DNA from: Candidatus Dojkabacteria bacterium
Lineage (GTDB): Bacteria > Patescibacteriota > Dojkabacteria > SC72
Assembly: GCA_050950165.1 (NCBI GenBank)
Contig: JBMNHC010000001.1
Span: 1-37,046, forward strand
DNA: 37,046 bases
Reading direction: 5' to 3'
Of this stretch, positions 34,119-37,046 are shown one piece after another. Made by a program: the position numbers and the translations under genes. Each line of letters opens with the position of its first letter. Within the stretch, counting starts at the first letter, position 1. The notes beneath the pieces were generated by a model. It did not search any database, had not been told where the DNA came from, and saw nothing but the letters and a program-made list of their open reading frames with translations.

Positions 34119-35761
34119 AGTACAGTTCTTAAATCTATACCTGTCATACTATCTGGTACTTCTAATCCTAAAAGTCCTAGACATGTAGGAGCAACATCAG
34201 CTAATAAACCAGTAGTTTTAGCATTAGGACCAGTACCTACTTTTAAGAGGTTTCTACCAGGAGTTGGAGTAAGCTCTTTTGAATCTGTAACAACTATAAG
34301 AGGTACAGGATTGTTAGTATGAGAGATATCTATCTCTTTTGTCACCCTATTTATCATAGTCTCACAGTTTCCGTGATCAGCTGTAACGATAGCTGCACCT
34401 CCAGCTGCTACTGTAGCTTTTACAATCTCTCCTGTTAGAGTATCCACTATCTCATTACCATGAATAGTTGCTCGTATATCTCCTGTGTGTCCTAACATAT
34501 CTGGATTAGCAAAATTGATTAGAATAAATCTATACCTATTCTCCTTAATCCTCTTTATCCTATCCAACACCTCATCTCTAATGATAGGTGCACTCATTGC
34601 TGGAACCTTAGCATAGTTATCTATCTTAGGAGATGGAATATTGATAGTATCCTCACCTTTGAGAGCCTGTTCAATACCACCATTAAAGAAATATGTAACG
34701 TGCATATTCTTCTCTGTCTCAGATACATGCAACTGATTCATATTAAAATCTGCAAGATGTGATGCTAAAGACTTCTTAATCTTTTTAGGAGGAAAGATTA
34801 CATGTGCAGGAATACCTTCTTCGTATCCAGTCATAGTAGTAAAAAATAGATTCTCAGGAAAATCTCTTCTAACAAAATGAGTAAAGTCCTTAAGAACGAA
34901 AGCCTTAGTTAACTCTCTTGCTCTGTCTTCCCTAAAATTCCAATATATAACTACATCATTAGATCTAATTGGACCTACAGGTACACCATTTGCATCTACA
35001 CACGTTCTTGGTATAAAGAACTGGTCTGTTTCATTTACTGTATACGCTTTCTGTAAAGCAACAATTGGATCTTGAAAAGTCTCTTGAGAAAGACCTACCA
35101 TAGCATCATAAGCTAGTTTAATTCTCTCCCACCTACTATCCCTATCCATTCCATAAAACCTACCTTGCAAAGAAGCTATTCTACCTACACCAAGTTCCGC
35201 AATCTTTTCATTTAACTTACTAAGATACAAAAATCCATCTCTAGGAGGAGTATCTCTACCATCTAGCATAGGGTGAATAAAAGGATTTACACCGTTAGCT
35301 TTTGCAAGCTCCATTAAAGAAAAAAGGTGTTTAATATGACCGTGAACTCCTGCAGCACTCAATACCCCAACAAGATGCAAATTAGAACCTCTTTGCTTAA
35401 CCTGAGTAAAAACCTCTTTTAAAACCTCATTACTATCTAACTCATGTGTAGAGATAGCGTCATTAATCCTAGGCAATGTTTGATACACTACCTGCCCTGC
35501 ACCTAAGTTAAGATGTCCTACCTCACTGTTACCATCCTCTTCTCCAGGAAGCCCTACATATGTTCCAGAAGCATGAATCAATGTAGATCTAGCCTGTGTC
35601 CATATTGTATCTAGAAAGGGTGTCTTTGCAGCCACTACCGTATTACCTTCAGGATCTGGATGTATTCCAAAACCATCCAATATTATCAATGTAACAAATT
35701 CTCTCGTTTCTTGCTCTTGTTTACTGTCCTCCGCTTTTTTTCTACTAAAAAGTCCGAACAT
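34115..35761 (-). CDS. gpmI: 2,3-bisphosphoglycerate-independent phosphoglycerate mutase, copy 2
   Basis: LIILDGFG, GNSEVGHLNLGAGQ, AGVHGH, LDGRDTPP, GRFYGMDRDSRWER, NFREDR, EKNMHVTYFFNGG, NPDMLGHTG, ADHGNCE. Start placed at MFGLFS (35761). The ORF-track start at 35881 would overlap prfB on the other strand. Confidence 0.92.
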   Translation of the reverse strand: MFGLFSRKKAEDSKQEQETREFVTLIILDGFGIHPDPEGNTVVAAKTPFLDTIWTQARSTLIHASGTYVGLPGEEDGNSEVGHLNLGAGQVVYQTLPRINDAISTHELDSNEVLKEVFTQVKQRGSNLHLVGVLSAAGVHGHIKHLFSLMELAKANGVNPFIHPMLDGRDTPPRDGFLYLSKLNEKIAELGVGRIASLQGRFYGMDRDSRWERIKLAYDAMVGLSQETFQDPIVALQKAYTVNETDQFFIPRTCVDANGVPVGPIRSNDVVIYWNFREDRARELTKAFVLKDFTHFVRRDFPENLFFTTMTGYEEGIPAHVIFPPKKIKKSLASHLADFNMNQLHVSETEKNMHVTYFFNGGIEQALKGEDTINIPSPKIDNYAKVPAMSAPIIRDEVLDRIKRIKENRYRFILINFANPDMLGHTGDIRATIHGNEIVDTLTGEIVKATVAAGGAAIVTADHGNCETMINRVTKEIDISHTNNPVPLIVVTDSKELTPTPGRNLLKVGTGPNAKTTGLLADVAPTCLGLLGLEVPDSMTGIDLRTVL

Positions 35762-35807
35762 AGGTTGTAGATATTGTAAAAATAAAAATCTAGTATAATA
35801 TACATAA

Positions 35808-36890
35808 ATGTATATGATTAGTAAAAAGGATATCACACAGCTTGAAAAGAAACTCTCTGATATCACAGAGTCCTTAGACATCCCTTCTAAAAAAGATACC
35901 TTAGATATATTAACTCGTGAGAGTAAAAAAGAAAACCTCTGGAAAGATCAAAAGAATGCTCAGAAGATTCTAAGTGATATTAATGAGATAACGGAAGAGA
36001 TTGAAAAGGTAGAAAGGTTTAAAAACCAACTCTTTTCACTACAAACTCTTCTAGAAGAAACTAGCGAAGAGGAGATATCTTTGTTAGAAGAAGAGTACTG
36101 GAAATTAAAAAAAGAGATAGAGGAATTTGAAATACTAAAGTTTCTCTCTAACAAATATGATAAAGCAGGAGCAATACTCTCAATACATTCAGGACAGGGA
36201 GGAACAGAAGCTGAAGACTGGGCTAGAATGCTTCTTAGAATGTATACCATGTATATTGAAAAAAGAGGTTGGCAGTATACAACAGTGAACATAGCGAAGG
36301 GAAGTGAAACAGGTATATCTACTGCTACACTAAATATTCCAAATAGATACGCATACGGTATGCTAAAAAAAGAACACGGAGTACACAGACTCGTCAGACT
36401 CTCTCCATTTAATGCACAGAATCTTAGACAGACATCTTTTGCTGCAGTAGAGGTAGTACCAATACTTGAAGAATTAGATGATGAGATAGAGATACCTCCT
36501 TCAGATATTGAATTTAAGGCTGTTAGATCTGCTGGTCCAGGTGGACAGAATGTAAATAAAACATCGACTGCAGTCCAAATTACACATACTCCAACTAATA
36601 TTGTTGTTCACTGTTCAGAGAGAAGAAGCCAACTAGAAAATAGAGAGAGAGCTATGCAGATATTAAAAGGTAAACTTTGGAAAATATTAGAAGAGAACAG
36701 ACTAAAAGAGATATCCGAGATAAAAGGAGATTATAAAATAGCGGGATGGGGAAACCAGATACGAAACTACATACTACACCCATACAAACTAGTAAAAGAT
36801 TTAAGAACTGGAGTAGAAAGTAGTACTCCTGAGCGTGTATTGGATGGAGATTTAGATAAATTTCTTGAAGCTGAAGTCAGAATACAGTAA
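35808..36890 (+). CDS. prfB: Peptide chain release factor 2, uninterrupted frame
   Basis: SPF tripeptide (RLSPFNAQ), GGQ motif (SAGPGGQNVNKTSTAV), SGQGGTEAEDWA. There is no in-frame UGA or frameshift near codon 25. Confidence 0.93.
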   Translation: MYMISKKDITQLEKKLSDITESLDIPSKKDTLDILTRESKKENLWKDQKNAQKILSDINEITEEIEKVERFKNQLFSLQTLLEETSEEEISLLEEEYWKLKKEIEEFEILKFLSNKYDKAGAILSIHSGQGGTEAEDWARMLLRMYTMYIEKRGWQYTTVNIAKGSETGISTATLNIPNRYAYGMLKKEHGVHRLVRLSPFNAQNLRQTSFAAVEVVPILEELDDEIEIPPSDIEFKAVRSAGPGGQNVNKTSTAVQITHTPTNIVVHCSERRSQLENRERAMQILKGKLWKILEENRLKEISEIKGDYKIAGWGNQIRNYILHPYKLVKDLRTGVESSTPERVLDGDLDKFLEAEVRIQ

Positions 36891-36924
36891 GATATTTAAA
36901 GTATTAAGATAACTGCCTAAATAG

Positions 36925-37046
36925 ATGGTACTTTTCGATACAGTCACTAAAAAATATAAAGATGATATTACTGCATTAGAAGATGTAAACTTCTTAATCG
37001 AAGAAGGAGAATTTTGTTTCCTTACAGGTCCTTCAGGAGCAGGTAA
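36925..37046 (+). CDS. ftsE: 5' end of the cell-division ABC ATPase FtsE (runs off the window)
   Basis: My translation: MVLFDTVTKKYKDDITALEDVNFLIEEGEFCFLTGPSGAGK. This is an FtsE-like N-terminus with a Walker A motif, in the common position after prfB. Confidence 0.7.
   Translation, partial: MVLFDTVTKKYKDDITALEDVNFLIEEGEFCFLTGPSGAG

Noticed and set aside
35794-35799. TATAAT hexamer 8 nt upstream of the prfB ATG, suggesting a leaderless mRNA
   Set aside because: There is no convincing -35 at proper spacing (TTGTAA is only 14 nt away). In sequence this AT-rich, TATAAT occurs by chance, so the evidence is too weak to call.
35762-35881. N-terminal 40-aa extension of gpmI copy 2 in the ORF track, and the similar 28-aa extension of rplS at 2778-2861
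   Set aside because: The extensions have no homology to the respective families and run into the divergent neighbour's start region. Internal Mets give canonical N-termini.
307-36292. Other antisense ORFs from the track (307-651, 711-938, 2607-2798, 3404-3823, 5345-5563, 6539-6988, 7938-8126, 9055-9273, 10133-10333, 11177-11452, 12114-12431, 14219-14446, 15646-15897, 16332-16793, 17900-18223, 20543-21574, 22692-22901, 24113-24412, 26427-27185, 29000-29561, 30725-30967, 33028-33213, 33572-33892, 35960-36292)
   Set aside because: Each is nested opposite a gene with strong family signatures and shows only Ser/Leu/Ile-rich low-information sequence.
1-37046. Alternative genetic code (UGA as Gly or Trp), as seen in some candidate phyla
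   Set aside because: All conserved genes are full length under the standard code, several end in UGA, RF2 is present, and no tRNA with a UCA anticodon is seen.

Overview
The window is AT-rich (about one-third G+C by eye, not computed) and very tightly packed. Its gene content and style fit a reduced-genome bacterium of the CPR/Patescibacteria type; that placement is an inference, since no rRNA is present to test it. The standard genetic code applies: all conserved genes are intact with UGA as stop, RF2 is present, and there is no tRNA(UCA). I call about 40 protein genes and 8 tRNAs. There is no rRNA, CRISPR array, transposase or integrase.

Housekeeping content:
- A co-directional minus-strand string: ftsQ-ftsA-ftsZ-DUF167-SEDS(FtsW/RodA)-rplU-methyltransferase-rpmA-rlmB.
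- lepB-parA-parB, gatB, rnhB, rplS, lgt, uppP, prfB and the start of ftsE.
- A HelD-like helicase, two DedA-family genes and two divergent but intact copies of cofactor-independent phosphoglycerate mutase.

The clearest accessory region is about 26.1-33.3 kb. It holds a giant cell-surface gene with this architecture: signal peptide, parallel beta-helix, CE4/NodB deacetylase, FN3-like module, five 108-aa tandem repeats, FN3 modules, and a C-terminal TM anchor. This gene is split into two ORFs by a single +1 frame change at 29,393-29,406. It is followed by a tRNA pair, a GT4 glycosyltransferase translationally coupled to an anchored cohesin-like protein, and uppP.

Other points worth a second look:
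- A Fic-fold protein with a fully degenerate active-site motif.
- A TM-anchored small protein with an HEPN-like RNxxxH motif.
- A zinc-ribbon ORF embedded between tRNAs.
- tRNA-Gly(CCC) and tRNA-Gly(GCC), which differ by one D-stem base outside the anticodon arm.
- Near absence of Shine-Dalgarno sequences.
- Convergent genes that overlap at their 3' ends.
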